Origin: a bacterium
GTDB taxonomy: Bacteria; Patescibacteriota; Microgenomatia; Curtissbacterales; GWA2-41-24
Direction of reading: 5' to 3'
Length of the DNA: 64,000 bases
Assembly: GCA_021813945.1 (NCBI GenBank)
Contig: JAKAJD010000001.1
Coordinates: 560,412 to 624,411, forward strand
In this document: positions 10,338-18,787 of the stretch, one piece after another
How the letters are laid out: every line of letters begins with the position of its first letter
Numbering within the stretch: position 1 is the first letter of the stretch
Notes under the pieces: generated by a model
Told to the model about the DNA's origin: nothing
Seen by the model: the letters and a program-made list of their open reading frames with translations, nothing else
Databases searched by the model: none
Made by a program: the position numbers and the translations under genes

Positions 10338-10779
10338 CTAGTCTCCAATTACCCAAATTCTCCGGAACAGACGCAACTATAACCAGATCAAAAGGTTCAC
10401 TACTTCCTGGTTCCTTTGGAAGCACGGAAAGTGTAGCGCCAAAAGTCTTGTCACCGGAAGCAATATCAAATTTCCAATCTTTTGAGTGAGACGAGGGATC
10501 CTCCGTAGAACGTCCTAAAATAGCCACATAATCTCCCTGGCCTTTCACAGGACTTTCTGTAACAGCTAAAAGCTGGATTTCTATTCCGTCTAGAGTAAAG
10601 TAGTCAAAATAATCTCTGTCTTGCTCTCCCTGGGTTGTAGACTGAAAATCCGGCCTCGGACCACCGCTATAAAACTGATTGGAAGCAATATAAAGCCCTG
10701 CAGCCGCAATTCCCGCAACAGCAACCCTAGTTACGCCGCCTGTAAACCTTAACCCTCGTCTGTCATCGTCAACTCTCAT
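10246..10779 (-). CDS. Membrane-anchored hypothetical protein
   Basis: ORF with an N-terminal TM (VAVAGIAAAGLYIA). Confidence 0.4.
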   Translation of the reverse strand: MRVDDDRRGLRFTGGVTRVAVAGIAAAGLYIASNQFYSGGPRPDFQSTTQGEQDRDYFDYFTLDGIEIQLLAVTESPVKGQGDYVAILGRSTEDPSSHSKDWKFDIASGDKTFGATLSVLPKEPGSSEPFDLVIVASVPENLGNWRLDVSHDFPSEGAVRSIPLPIPKLLPEAQDKT

Positions 10780-10905
10780 ACCCGCAAATTATACCACCAG
10801 GCCCATAATAAATGTAACAAAAGACATCATAAGGTGCGATTTAGAGATCAGTACCAGAAAGGTCAGTTCTAATTTAAAATTAAAAATTTGAAATTTAAAA
10901 TTGAA

Positions 10906-10986
10906 TCAGGCCTGCCCTTAAATCCTGGAGAAAGGTCAGGCCTTAACCTAAGCGAATCCCCCGAAAAAGGCCTGACCTTAACCTAA
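10906..10986. repeat. Palindromic repeat half-site at 10906-10922 plus a full type-1 copy at 10930-10986
   Basis: AGGCCTGCCCTTAA; AAAGGTCAGGCCTTAACC ... AAGGCCTGACCTTAACC. Confidence 0.6.
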
Positions 10987-11065
10987 GCAACTTTTGCCTT
11001 TTGAGATTTGAGTTTTGAGCTTTAAATCTGCTACAATCCGCACTAGTCTGGGAACAGTAAGCTTA

Positions 11066-11122
11066 ACAAAGGTCAGGCCTTTGTTGGGGAAGGTCTTGGC
11101 CTAAGACCTGACCTTGAGATCA
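11066..11122. repeat. Palindromic repeat (type 1) with a conserved spacer
   Basis: AAAGGTCAGGCCTTTGTTGGGGAAGGTCTTGGCCTAAGACCTGACCTTGAG. Confidence 0.6.
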
Positions 11123-11126
11123 AAAG

Positions 11127-12362
11127 TTGACTTTTGAGATCCTATTTATGAACCTTGCTAAACATAGAGAAACTTATTACGCCATAGTAATTGTCCTTCT
11201 TGCACTTTTTGCTCTGGCGGCCATTTTTTATGCGCGCGGTTTTAAACCTAATTTTCGAACCGGCCGAATTACACATACCGGCCTTATAGTTGCCGACTCT
11301 ATCCCAACAGGCGCACAGGTTTTTATAGACGACAGGCTAACTTCGGCCACCAACACCAACATTGCCTTTTTGGAACCCAAAACCTACAAAGTAAAAATCG
11401 CAAAAGACGGCTATACAACTTGGGAAAAAGAAATTGATGTCAAAGCCGACCTGGCAACCGAAATAAATGCCCTTCTCTTCCCTCTAGCGCCGCAAATATC
11501 CCCTTTGACAACAACAGGGGCAAACAGTCCTACTCTTTCGCCTGATGGCGGCAAAATCGTCTATGGTGTCTCAGGCATAAACGGCGGGGCCTACATCCTT
11601 CCAGTCGCGGATGGGCTCTTAGCTTTCAGGCAAAGCACAAAGCTGATTGCCCGAAACACTACTGCTTTTGACTTTTCAACGGCCCAATTCGTTTGGGGTC
11701 CGGATTCCAAACAGCTGATTGCCCGATTCCCCAAAAATGACGGCACAGTCACCGCCAATCTGATGCTCGACTCCGACACTTCGGACCAGCCACTTCGCGA
11801 CGTCACCGCCTCGCTAACCGCCACAATTTCCGACTGGCAACAGCAAATCAACACAAGCGCCCAAACTTTGGCGGTTTTGGCACCAGACGAAATTAAGTCT
11901 GCAACCCAGGCAGCAACACCTGCTTCACCATCCCCCTCAGCTCAACCTTCACCGGCAGCCAGCAACCAGTTACCAGCGACGAGTTACCAGTTACCCAGCT
12001 TGATCAACTACTATCCGACTGGTCTAACCTTTTCGCCGGACGAAGAAAAAGTTCTCTACATTGATAAAAACGGCAAACATCATGTTTATGATGTCAAAGC
12101 CAAAAAGCAGTACACTCTTCCCGATTTTTCGGATCTTGAAAATATCACCTGGTTTCCAGATTCGGCACATTTAGTTGTTGCCCAGAAAAACCAGATCTCG
12201 ATTATGGAATCAGACGGCGCAAACAAAATGGCAGTTTATTCCGGAAAGTTTGATTACGGATTCGTTTTTGCTCATCCGTCCGGCTCTAAATTGATAATTT
12301 TGACTACTCTCACCCAATCCGAAGGCACCCCCGACAACCTCTACGCAATCAATTTAAAGTAG
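11127..12362 (+). CDS. PEGA-domain protein with a TolB-like beta-propeller region
   Basis: N-terminal TM; PEGA-like segment PTGAQVFIDDRLTSATNTNIAFLEPKTYKVKIAKDGYTTWEKEIDV; SPDGGKIVYG and FSPDEEKVLY beta-propeller blades. Confidence 0.55.
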   Translation: MTFEILFMNLAKHRETYYAIVIVLLALFALAAIFYARGFKPNFRTGRITHTGLIVADSIPTGAQVFIDDRLTSATNTNIAFLEPKTYKVKIAKDGYTTWEKEIDVKADLATEINALLFPLAPQISPLTTTGANSPTLSPDGGKIVYGVSGINGGAYILPVADGLLAFRQSTKLIARNTTAFDFSTAQFVWGPDSKQLIARFPKNDGTVTANLMLDSDTSDQPLRDVTASLTATISDWQQQINTSAQTLAVLAPDEIKSATQAATPASPSPSAQPSPAASNQLPATSYQLPSLINYYPTGLTFSPDEEKVLYIDKNGKHHVYDVKAKKQYTLPDFSDLENITWFPDSAHLVVAQKNQISIMESDGANKMAVYSGKFDYGFVFAHPSGSKLIILTTLTQSEGTPDNLYAINLK

Positions 12363-12370
12363 AAAACTTT

Positions 12371-12426
12371 ACGAAGGTCTGGCCTTAACCTAAGCCGATT
12401 TATCGAAAAAGGCCTGACCTTAAGTA
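12371..12426. repeat. Palindromic repeat (type 1)
   Basis: ACGAAGGTCTGGCCTTAACC ... AAGGCCTGACCTTAAG. Confidence 0.6.
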
Positions 12427-12489
12427 CACAATTGGTTATTCGATCAAACCCAAAAGCCAACCTTAACCTGGTCGCTGATTGCCGGGCCC

Positions 12490-13602
12490 TTATTGATGCG
12501 AGGCCACGCAATAGTTGAACGCAACCGGCGCCCCAACTGGACGCGACAATTTGCATTTGGCAGACGAAGAAGTATTGGCCTGAGGGTCTGAGGAATCCTC
12601 AAGCATTGCCCATAATTCGTAATAAGAACCGGCTCCATCCGAATAATAACCGTAATAATAGTCTGTCGCACCACCCCCTGTTGGTGTTGGTGCCGGAGTC
12701 GGTGCTGGTGTCGGGGTTGCGGGAGGACATGGAATTGTAAGAGCTTCACCGGCAATATACGGTGTGGGGCCGGCAGAATGGTCGGCCGCTCTTGTCCAAA
12801 CTTGGGCATTTTCAGGCTGCCAAGCATTTTTAAAAGTGATATCCCAATTGATTGTCAAAGTCGTTCCGGACCCCGAATAAGAACTGGTCACACGGTCCAA
12901 ATCCGCATAACTGTTGCCACTGCCGCCTCCAGACCATTGCCAAGTTCCTGCATCATCTTTTACTCCGAAATCGTGGATGTCGTTGTTCAAAACAGCCAGA
13001 AACGCGCCTGTCGGAGCAGCGGCCACGTCGTAAGTATTTGTACTGTTGATCAAAATATATGCATAAAGTATGTCAGAGTACCCTGCGGTGTCTAGGTAAG
13101 TTGCCGTAAACCTATACTTTGTTCCATAGCTAACACAAGCTGGACCGGAAACTGTCCCGGTAGTCGGAGTAACAGCATAAACCGGCTTAGGACCAATGTC
13201 TTCCAGCATCTTAGATATCCACGTGGGCACACTCGCCAAAAATCTCAATGAAGATGCCTGTTTCGGGTCTTTTGGAATTGTTCGAAAATAGGGATTTAGG
13301 CCGGGAATCCAGTTATCACCGGACTGAGACGTGTGATTGCCGGAAATATAATGAAACCCATTGTCGTTGTAATATTGCTCCAATGCGCTTGCAATTTGCG
13401 CCAGATTTGCCTTCCTGCTGCCATCTCTTGCTTTGCTGGTGCCACTAACTAGCCTAAACGTAACCACCGAACCGACAATGCCGAGTATAGCAATTACAAT
13501 CAAAAGCTCAATTAGGGTGAAACCGAAGCGCTTGCTTTTCAGCAAAAAGAACTTATGTCGGACTACCCTAACAAGCCAACTGGTATGTAACTTTTTTTTC
13601 AA
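12490..13602 (-). CDS. Type IV pilin-like (GspG-like pseudopilin) protein with a large inserted domain and a Pro/Thr linker
   Basis: Prepilin motif KRFGFTLIELLIVIAILGIVG (G|FTLIE cleavage/methylation site); C-terminal Cys pair; ORF start is TTG; a second in-frame TTG (MLKSKRFGFTLIE) would give a typical short leader. Confidence 0.75.
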   Translation of the reverse strand: MKKKLHTSWLVRVVRHKFFLLKSKRFGFTLIELLIVIAILGIVGSVVTFRLVSGTSKARDGSRKANLAQIASALEQYYNDNGFHYISGNHTSQSGDNWIPGLNPYFRTIPKDPKQASSLRFLASVPTWISKMLEDIGPKPVYAVTPTTGTVSGPACVSYGTKYRFTATYLDTAGYSDILYAYILINSTNTYDVAAAPTGAFLAVLNNDIHDFGVKDDAGTWQWSGGGSGNSYADLDRVTSSYSGSGTTLTINWDITFKNAWQPENAQVWTRAADHSAGPTPYIAGEALTIPCPPATPTPAPTPAPTPTGGGATDYYYGYYSDGAGSYYELWAMLEDSSDPQANTSSSAKCKLSRPVGAPVAFNYCVASHQ

Positions 13603-13663
13603 ATATCTAATTTGATTGTGCAGCTATCAAGAAAATTAGTCAAACGCAAAGTAAACTTCTTAC

Positions 13664-13735
13664 GAATGTCAGGCCAAAGCAAAAGGACAGGCCTTTTGCT
13701 TGCACACACCCAAGTTAAGGCCTGTCCTTAACCTG
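13664..13735. repeat. Palindromic repeat (type 2 variant, GGACAGGCC)
   Basis: AAAAGGACAGGCCTTTT ... TTAAGGCCTGTCCTTAACC. Confidence 0.55.
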
Positions 13736-13746
13736 GTTGATAGTAG

Positions 13747-14430
13747 CTAATTTATGCTTGCCCCCGCTGCCGGTTCCGCAATAACCAAAAGCCTTTTCCA
13801 AGTTGTCCCCGGCGGATAACAAGTCTGCAAAACCAAAATTTGTTTGTCTGTTTTCATCGTAAAGTAGGAAACGTCCGATGGATCCGTAATTTTTGTTTGG
13901 CTGACAATATAGTCGTACCTTCTTCCTTGAAAGAAAATTACTACCCGATCCCCCGGCACCATGTCTTTCAAAAGATAAAAAACGGCATTAAATCTTGGCA
14001 CATTGAAAATGGTATCCGTGGAATGGGCAAAAAGATAAGTAACGCCAGGCTCGCCCGGAAAGGATGTGCCAAGGGCGTGGGCGACACCACGCCTCAAAGC
14101 TGCATCATAAGCATCCTTATTTGAAGCATCAACATTGGGAATAACCGGTGCATCTGCCCCAATTTTTTCAACAATTATTGAAAAATTAGAATCTTTCGGA
14201 ACCAAAACATTAACGTTTGACTCCCCTTTTCCCAGAAGCGACCCGAATGTTTGGGTGCTTGTCGCAGCAACCGGCGCCGCTTCAAACTTTTTCCCTATCA
14301 AGCTGTCAAAACTGTGCGCCACAAAAGCCTTGCCAACAGGCCAGAATGTATAACCCATTGCCAAAAGCGATCCCAAAACCAGAAAATTGCCGATAGTTCT
14401 TATCGCCAGAATTTTTTTATCGACGTACAT
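13747..14430 (-). CDS. Sortase-family transpeptidase
   Basis: N-terminal TM anchor; LFAHST (His) ... GDRVVIFF ... YDYIVSQ ... LVLQTCYPPGT (TLxTC Cys) ... WKRLLVIAEP (Arg). Confidence 0.7.
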   Translation of the reverse strand: MYVDKKILAIRTIGNFLVLGSLLAMGYTFWPVGKAFVAHSFDSLIGKKFEAAPVAATSTQTFGSLLGKGESNVNVLVPKDSNFSIIVEKIGADAPVIPNVDASNKDAYDAALRRGVAHALGTSFPGEPGVTYLFAHSTDTIFNVPRFNAVFYLLKDMVPGDRVVIFFQGRRYDYIVSQTKITDPSDVSYFTMKTDKQILVLQTCYPPGTTWKRLLVIAEPAAGASIN

Positions 14431-14457
14431 CTGTAACCTTATGTTAACAGTATTTTT

Positions 14458-14584
14458 AGCAAAGGTCAGGCCTTAGTTGGGAAAGTCTTGGCCTAAGACC
14501 TGACCTTGGGACGTAGAAATTATTTTACATGAACACTTTCCGAATGCCAGGCCTTTCAGTCTTCTAAGGCCTGGCCTTGAGATC
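14458..14584. repeat. Two palindromic repeats, type 1 at 14458-14512 and type 2 at 14541-14584
   Basis: AAAGGTCAGGCCTTAGTTGGGAAAGTCTTGGCCTAAGACCTGACCTT; TGCCAGGCCTTT ... AAGGCCTGGCCTT. Confidence 0.6.
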
Positions 14585-14619
14585 TAAAGTCGGTTACCAA
14601 GACCTGAGCTTAGAGCAAA

Positions 14620-14661
14620 GGCAAATTGACACCTCTGGACAAATATTAGATGATAGATTTA
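14620..14661 (+). promoter_or_regulatory. Conserved pilin upstream element, copy 1: GGCAAATTGACAC-N-ATATTAGATGATAGATTTAG
   Basis: About 45 nt collinear with 18741..18787; contains TTGACA; it overlaps the annotated ATG at 14650, which suggests the true start is the GTG at 14662. Confidence 0.4.
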
Positions 14662-15576
14662 GTGAATCTGCCCAAACGATCTAAAGGATTTACACTCATC
14701 GAGGTTTTGGTTGTCATTGGCATAATTGGTATGCTTTCGGGCATAACAAGCGTTTCTTACACCCAATCTCAAACCAAAGGAAGAGATACTAAAAGAAAAG
14801 CGGATCTGCAAGCAATTAAATCCGCACTCAACCTTTACTTCCAGCAAAACCAAAAATACCCGCCGGCAGATCCGCTAGCCACAACAAGCTATTATTCCTA
14901 CAGCGGCGGAGCCTGGATACCGGACCTTTCTCCAACCTTTATGAACACACAACCCAAAGACCCTGCACAAGCATTCAATTTTTGGCAAAACATGCTTGCC
15001 TCAATTGGAAACTTTAGTCTCATCAGCCCCGTCTTTGCCGGCGGTGGCGGAGGGGGTTGTTCAAGTCAAGCTGCAGCTATTGCTGCATACAATACTACTA
15101 CTCATAAAATCGATAGCGTTAGCATGATCTGCTATGGCTCCGGCTACTCAGTCGCTCCTTATGTAGTCTTCACCGGTTGTTCTGACGCAAGCACCGTTCA
15201 GGCAACAGCCACCGCCCATCTGGGCGGCGCTGCACCCCCAGACGGGGTCGGATCAATTACTATGGACACTCTCGGCTCCGGATACACCTGCACACCCACA
15301 GTCAATATCGGCCCCCCTCCTGGAACAGCTCCGCCCCCACCTCCTCCTCCGCCACCCTCAACACCTTATCCACTACCGGCTCCTGCCGTTGGCTGCGGTG
15401 CGGCAAGCCCGGTTCCATACTATTACTGCTATACGGTAAATTCTGCCAGGAGCCGTTTCAAATTATGGACCCGCCTCGAAAACACTAATGACCCACAAGT
15501 CAGCGGAAACTCAGGGGCCTCCTGCTACGACACTACTCCTCCGGCCTCACTTAACTACTGCCTGGACGCAGACTAA
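14650..15576 (+). CDS. Type IV pilin-like (GspG-like) protein with an inserted domain and a poly-Pro linker. The true start is likely the GTG at 14662.
   Basis: KGFTLIEVLVVIGIIGMLSG prepilin motif; PPPPPPPPPPSTP linker; C-terminal CYDTTPPASLNYC disulfide loop; paralogous to 12490..13602. Confidence 0.75.
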   Translation: MIDLVNLPKRSKGFTLIEVLVVIGIIGMLSGITSVSYTQSQTKGRDTKRKADLQAIKSALNLYFQQNQKYPPADPLATTSYYSYSGGAWIPDLSPTFMNTQPKDPAQAFNFWQNMLASIGNFSLISPVFAGGGGGGCSSQAAAIAAYNTTTHKIDSVSMICYGSGYSVAPYVVFTGCSDASTVQATATAHLGGAAPPDGVGSITMDTLGSGYTCTPTVNIGPPPGTAPPPPPPPPPSTPYPLPAPAVGCGAASPVPYYYCYTVNSARSRFKLWTRLENTNDPQVSGNSGASCYDTTPPASLNYCLDAD

Positions 15577-15581
15577 GCTTC

Positions 15582-16661
15582 ATGCCTAAAATCCCAAAGT
15601 TCACCAAAAAAGAACTTTTTCTAATTGCCGTAGGCTTAATACTTATAACTTTTGCTTTTTCTAAACCGGGAAGAACAATTTATAAAGTCATCCACATAAC
15701 AGCAAGACTTAACCCTTCGACAAGTTCATTTTCTGCAAGCCCCGATATTAAATCCGCACAAATCTTTTACGATGATGACGGCAAACAAACACCGGCGGTG
15801 ATTTTTCGAAAAGGCACTCAAAAACAAAGTGCAGTCATAATCTCAGCTGGAGTTGGTCTCACCGATTACAATTACAAACTTATCGACAGTTTTGCATCGA
15901 GCCTTGCCGACGTGGGGATAACGGTTATGATTCCCCAAACCCAAAGCATGAAAGACGATATTGTCAACGAAAGCTCAATTAGAAGTTATGTCAATGCCTT
16001 CCGTTATCTTGAAAATCAGGGTTCAGTCGACAAAAAGAAAATCGGCTATTTCGGCTTTTGTGCCGGTGCCAGCTTCCTGGCCCTGGCTGCAGAGGATCCG
16101 GATATCGCAAACAGAGTAGCATTTTTAGCCCTCTTTTCCCCTTACAACAATTTCGTGGATTATCTTGCCCAAACTTTTTCGCGTCAGGCACTAACCAAAG
16201 ACGGAACCCGCAACTGGCAACCACACCCACAAACAGTAGAACTTCTTCAAAAAAATCTAATGTTTCGTACTAATTTATTGATCGCCGGCTCCCCTAACAA
16301 AGCTGAAATAAGCCAAAAAGTAAACGACATCTTCACCAAGCAAGAAAACGCCGCATCCAAAAAAAGCGCTATTGAAAACTTAAGCTCCAAGGAGATGCTT
16401 TCAGAAGCCGCTCTTCTTTCCCCAGACCACGCCGCCAAAAACATTAAAGCCAAAACTTATATATTTCACGACTATAACGACACCTTTACCCCCAGGGAAG
16501 AATCCGAACGACTAAAGGCAGAAATACCAGGAGCAGAACTTATAGAACCGACTATTTTCGACCATACAATTTTTAGAAAAGACATATCACGTATGGCCTG
16601 GGCAACTCAAGGCACAAAAGTTCTCATCTACTTCTACAAAATTCTCTACCACGTTAGCTAA
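15582..16661 (+). CDS. Alpha/beta hydrolase, dienelactone-hydrolase-like (Cys nucleophile)
   Basis: GYFGFCAGASF (G-x-C-x-G nucleophile elbow), N-terminal TM, about 360 aa. Confidence 0.5.
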   Translation: MPKIPKFTKKELFLIAVGLILITFAFSKPGRTIYKVIHITARLNPSTSSFSASPDIKSAQIFYDDDGKQTPAVIFRKGTQKQSAVIISAGVGLTDYNYKLIDSFASSLADVGITVMIPQTQSMKDDIVNESSIRSYVNAFRYLENQGSVDKKKIGYFGFCAGASFLALAAEDPDIANRVAFLALFSPYNNFVDYLAQTFSRQALTKDGTRNWQPHPQTVELLQKNLMFRTNLLIAGSPNKAEISQKVNDIFTKQENAASKKSAIENLSSKEMLSEAALLSPDHAAKNIKAKTYIFHDYNDTFTPREESERLKAEIPGAELIEPTIFDHTIFRKDISRMAWATQGTKVLIYFYKILYHVS

Positions 16662-16667
16662 ACCTTA

Positions 16668-16686
16668 GCAAAGGCCAGGCCTTGAG
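16668..16686. repeat. Palindromic repeat half-site
   Basis: GCAAAGGCCAGGCCTTGAGG. Confidence 0.4.
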
Positions 16687-16765
16687 GCAAAAGATTGGTT
16701 ACCTCATCCAGCTCCGAACCTTGATTTAACCGCTTCTAGGTTTTAATCTTAAATCAGGGGGAAAT

Positions 16766-16918
16766 TTGAAAACTCACCTAAAACCGCAAGCGAAAAAGCA
16801 TCCGTACCACCACTTTTCTTACTATTTAGACGATCCTCTGGTTGCCTCACTTCTGGCGGTAATCGCCCTTCTGACTTTGATGTTTGCACTTATCCAGTTT
16901 GCCAAAACCGTTGCCTAA
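16766..16918 (+). CDS. Possible small tail-anchored membrane protein (50 aa, TTG start)
   Basis: GGGGGA Shine-Dalgarno 5 nt upstream of TTG; C-terminal hydrophobic helix; the stop sits 2 nt before the next ATG. Confidence 0.25.
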   Translation: MKTHLKPQAKKHPYHHFSYYLDDPLVASLLAVIALLTLMFALIQFAKTVA

Positions 16919-16920
16919 AA

Positions 16921-17316
16921 ATGAAGGAAAAAACAGTAACTAATACTTTTGATCTCACCATAAAAACCGCGATTATAATTCTGGCCCTTGCTCTTTTCTG
17001 GTTTGCTTTCGTTTACTACCCGCAAATTGTCAACAAGTTCCAAGCCCGCAAATCAAGTTTTGTAACAAATGTTCTGGCAAGCTCAACAGGACTTCCCTAT
17101 CAAAACAGTCACTTTAAAATTGAATATTCCCCTAAGCAAAATGCTTATAAAATCACCGTTTTTGCCCAGACTCTGGATCAATATGACCAGTACAAAGCCG
17201 AGTCCAGTTTGGCTTTGAAAAACATCCTTTCGCTGGACAAAACCTGTAATCTTAACATCATCTACCAGAGCAACTTCTCATTCGTTAGACAAAGCGCCTC
17301 CGAAAAAAGCTGTTAA
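16921..17316 (+). CDS. Membrane-anchored hypothetical protein
   Basis: ORF with an N-terminal TM (AIIILALALFWFAFVYY). Confidence 0.4.
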   Translation: MKEKTVTNTFDLTIKTAIIILALALFWFAFVYYPQIVNKFQARKSSFVTNVLASSTGLPYQNSHFKIEYSPKQNAYKITVFAQTLDQYDQYKAESSLALKNILSLDKTCNLNIIYQSNFSFVRQSASEKSC

Positions 17317-17371
17317 GCAGAGTTTGTCCAAATATTCCCATTGAGTTAAAATAATGACGATGTTTCCAAAG

Positions 17372-17425
17372 CAAAGGCCAGGCCTTTGCCCAAGATAGTC
17401 CCACGCTAAGGCCTAGCCTTATCGT
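17372..17425. repeat. Palindromic repeat (type 2) immediately upstream of tRNA-Arg
   Basis: AAAGGCCAGGCCTTTGCC ... TAAGGCCTAGCCTTATCG. Confidence 0.55.
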
Positions 17426-17431
17426 AAGCGC

Positions 17432-17504
17432 GCCGCTGTAGCTCAATGGATAGAGCAGTCCCGTCCTAAGGGAAAGGTTGGAGGTTCGACTCCTCTCAGC
17501 GGTA
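17432..17504 (+). tRNA. tRNA-Arg (anticodon CCT)
   Basis: Manual cloverleaf: 7-bp acceptor stem (G1-U72), D-arm GCTC/GAGC, anticodon loop GTCCTAA, T-loop TTCGACT, 5-nt variable loop. One 27:43 mismatch. No encoded CCA. Confidence 0.75.
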
Positions 17505-17629
17505 CATTGTTTACGCCGAATGAAAATGAGGCGGGGTGTAGTGTATCGGTATCGCGACTCCGTCCGCGTATTGTTACACTAACTACTGAAATCGTTGTTT
17601 CAGTAGTGTTCCGCAATATCACGCAAAGA

Positions 17630-17702
17630 CGGGGTGTGGCGCAGTTGGTAGCGCGCGTCGTTCGGGACGGCGAGGCCGTCGGTTCGAATCCGACCACCCC
17701 GA
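17630..17702 (+). tRNA. tRNA-Pro (anticodon CGG)
   Basis: Manual cloverleaf: acceptor CGGGGTG/CACCCCG with C1:G72 (typical of bacterial tRNA-Pro), D-arm GCGC/GCGC, anticodon loop TTCGGGA, T-arm GTCGG-TTCGAAT-CCGAC. Confidence 0.85.
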
Positions 17703-17731
17703 CTAGGGTTCACTTTTTGGCAAAGCCAAAA

Positions 17732-17765
17732 ATATCAGAGGAGTCCCGAAGGGAAGCTGCTGATA
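17732..17765 (+). repeat. Mini-variant of the ATATCAGAGGAG...CTGCTGATAT structured element, sitting just 3' of tRNA-Pro
   Basis: Shares both termini with the 8705 and 46065 elements; the core is replaced by TCCCGAAGGGAAG. Confidence 0.4.
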
Positions 17766-17836
17766 TTCCCAGCACCCCGACACAAAACAAAAACCCCCAA
17801 AATGGGGGCTTTTGAATTTAAAATCCTGTCTAGAAA

Positions 17837-18673
17837 TTATTTCCCTGCGTTGACGTTTGCTTCAACGAAACTTACACACGAACCCTGGTTCTTAAATACC
17901 GGATTGTTGAAATTCTGCCAACCGCCCTTCTTGCACTCGTCCTTATTAGTCGGAGTCGTCAAAACGATTGTGTTGTTTTCAAAATCGTAGGTCTTGGTAT
18001 TTGTCCCGTCAAATCCAAGCGTCGCATTATCAACATAGCCGACAAGTACGTCACTTATAGCATTTGGTCCAACCTGGAAACGTACTCCACCAGTTCCATC
18101 TGCTCTAGTCCTTACGGAGATTGACACAACATTACCCGGCAGACAATTCGCCAAATACTGTGCAAGTGTCCCAGGTCCGAAGGCACTACACGGGAGTGTT
18201 GAACCCCATTTTCCGTTCAGCGCATCCCAAGACTGCCATACACCTGCTACCGGAGCCTGTAATTGATCCCGAGGGTCAAAGGTAAGCTCATCGGGGATTG
18301 TTGTAGTTGTCGTATTTATGTTTACATCAACTATCAGCTTCGGATAAGAAGCATTAGAAGCTCCTACTGGAACATATGTTGCGTAGCTTGCAGCCGCGTT
18401 GGCAAAATTAGTCGTTGATTGTCCGTCATAGGCTGTCGTGTGAATTGCTGAGAAGTTCGATCCGTTTGAGCCTGAAGCCAGTTCCACACTTCCTGCACCC
18501 GCTGGAGGGGTTCCCGGCCCAGTCACAAATTGGCCAAGACCGTCTGCCGCATTTGTCTGGAAATCCCATGTACCTTTATTGGAAGGTGAAATAACTGTCG
18601 CAGCCAAAACGGGGCTGGCCAAAAGGGTGCTAACTGCCATAAACGAGGTAATTCCCAATATTAACTTTTTCAA
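17837..18673 (-). CDS. Secreted hypothetical protein (signal peptide)
   Basis: MKKLILGITSFMAVSTLLASPVLAATV signal; Thr/Asn-rich. Confidence 0.5.
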   Translation of the reverse strand: MKKLILGITSFMAVSTLLASPVLAATVISPSNKGTWDFQTNAADGLGQFVTGPGTPPAGAGSVELASGSNGSNFSAIHTTAYDGQSTTNFANAAASYATYVPVGASNASYPKLIVDVNINTTTTTIPDELTFDPRDQLQAPVAGVWQSWDALNGKWGSTLPCSAFGPGTLAQYLANCLPGNVVSISVRTRADGTGGVRFQVGPNAISDVLVGYVDNATLGFDGTNTKTYDFENNTIVLTTPTNKDECKKGGWQNFNNPVFKNQGSCVSFVEANVNAGK

Positions 18674-18740
18674 AAAATATCACCCCCTTTGGACAGAAGA
18701 TGTTTCCTAAGTTATCCCAAACCCCACAAACAGTCAAGAT

Positions 18741-18787
18741 AGGCAAATTGACACACTCCGCCAGATAATAGATCATAGAAATAGGTT
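18741..18787 (+). promoter_or_regulatory. Conserved pilin upstream element, copy 2: GGCAAATTGACAC-N-ATAATAGATCATAGAAATAG. Consensus -35 TTGACA.
   Basis: Collinear with 14620..14661; ends 1 nt before the ATG at 18788. Confidence 0.4.

Noticed and set aside
17505-17629. Third tRNA, or an intron-containing tRNA, between tRNA-Arg and tRNA-Pro
   Set aside because: No acceptor/T-arm pairing or GTTC-like T-loop could be folded. Only a simple hairpin is present.
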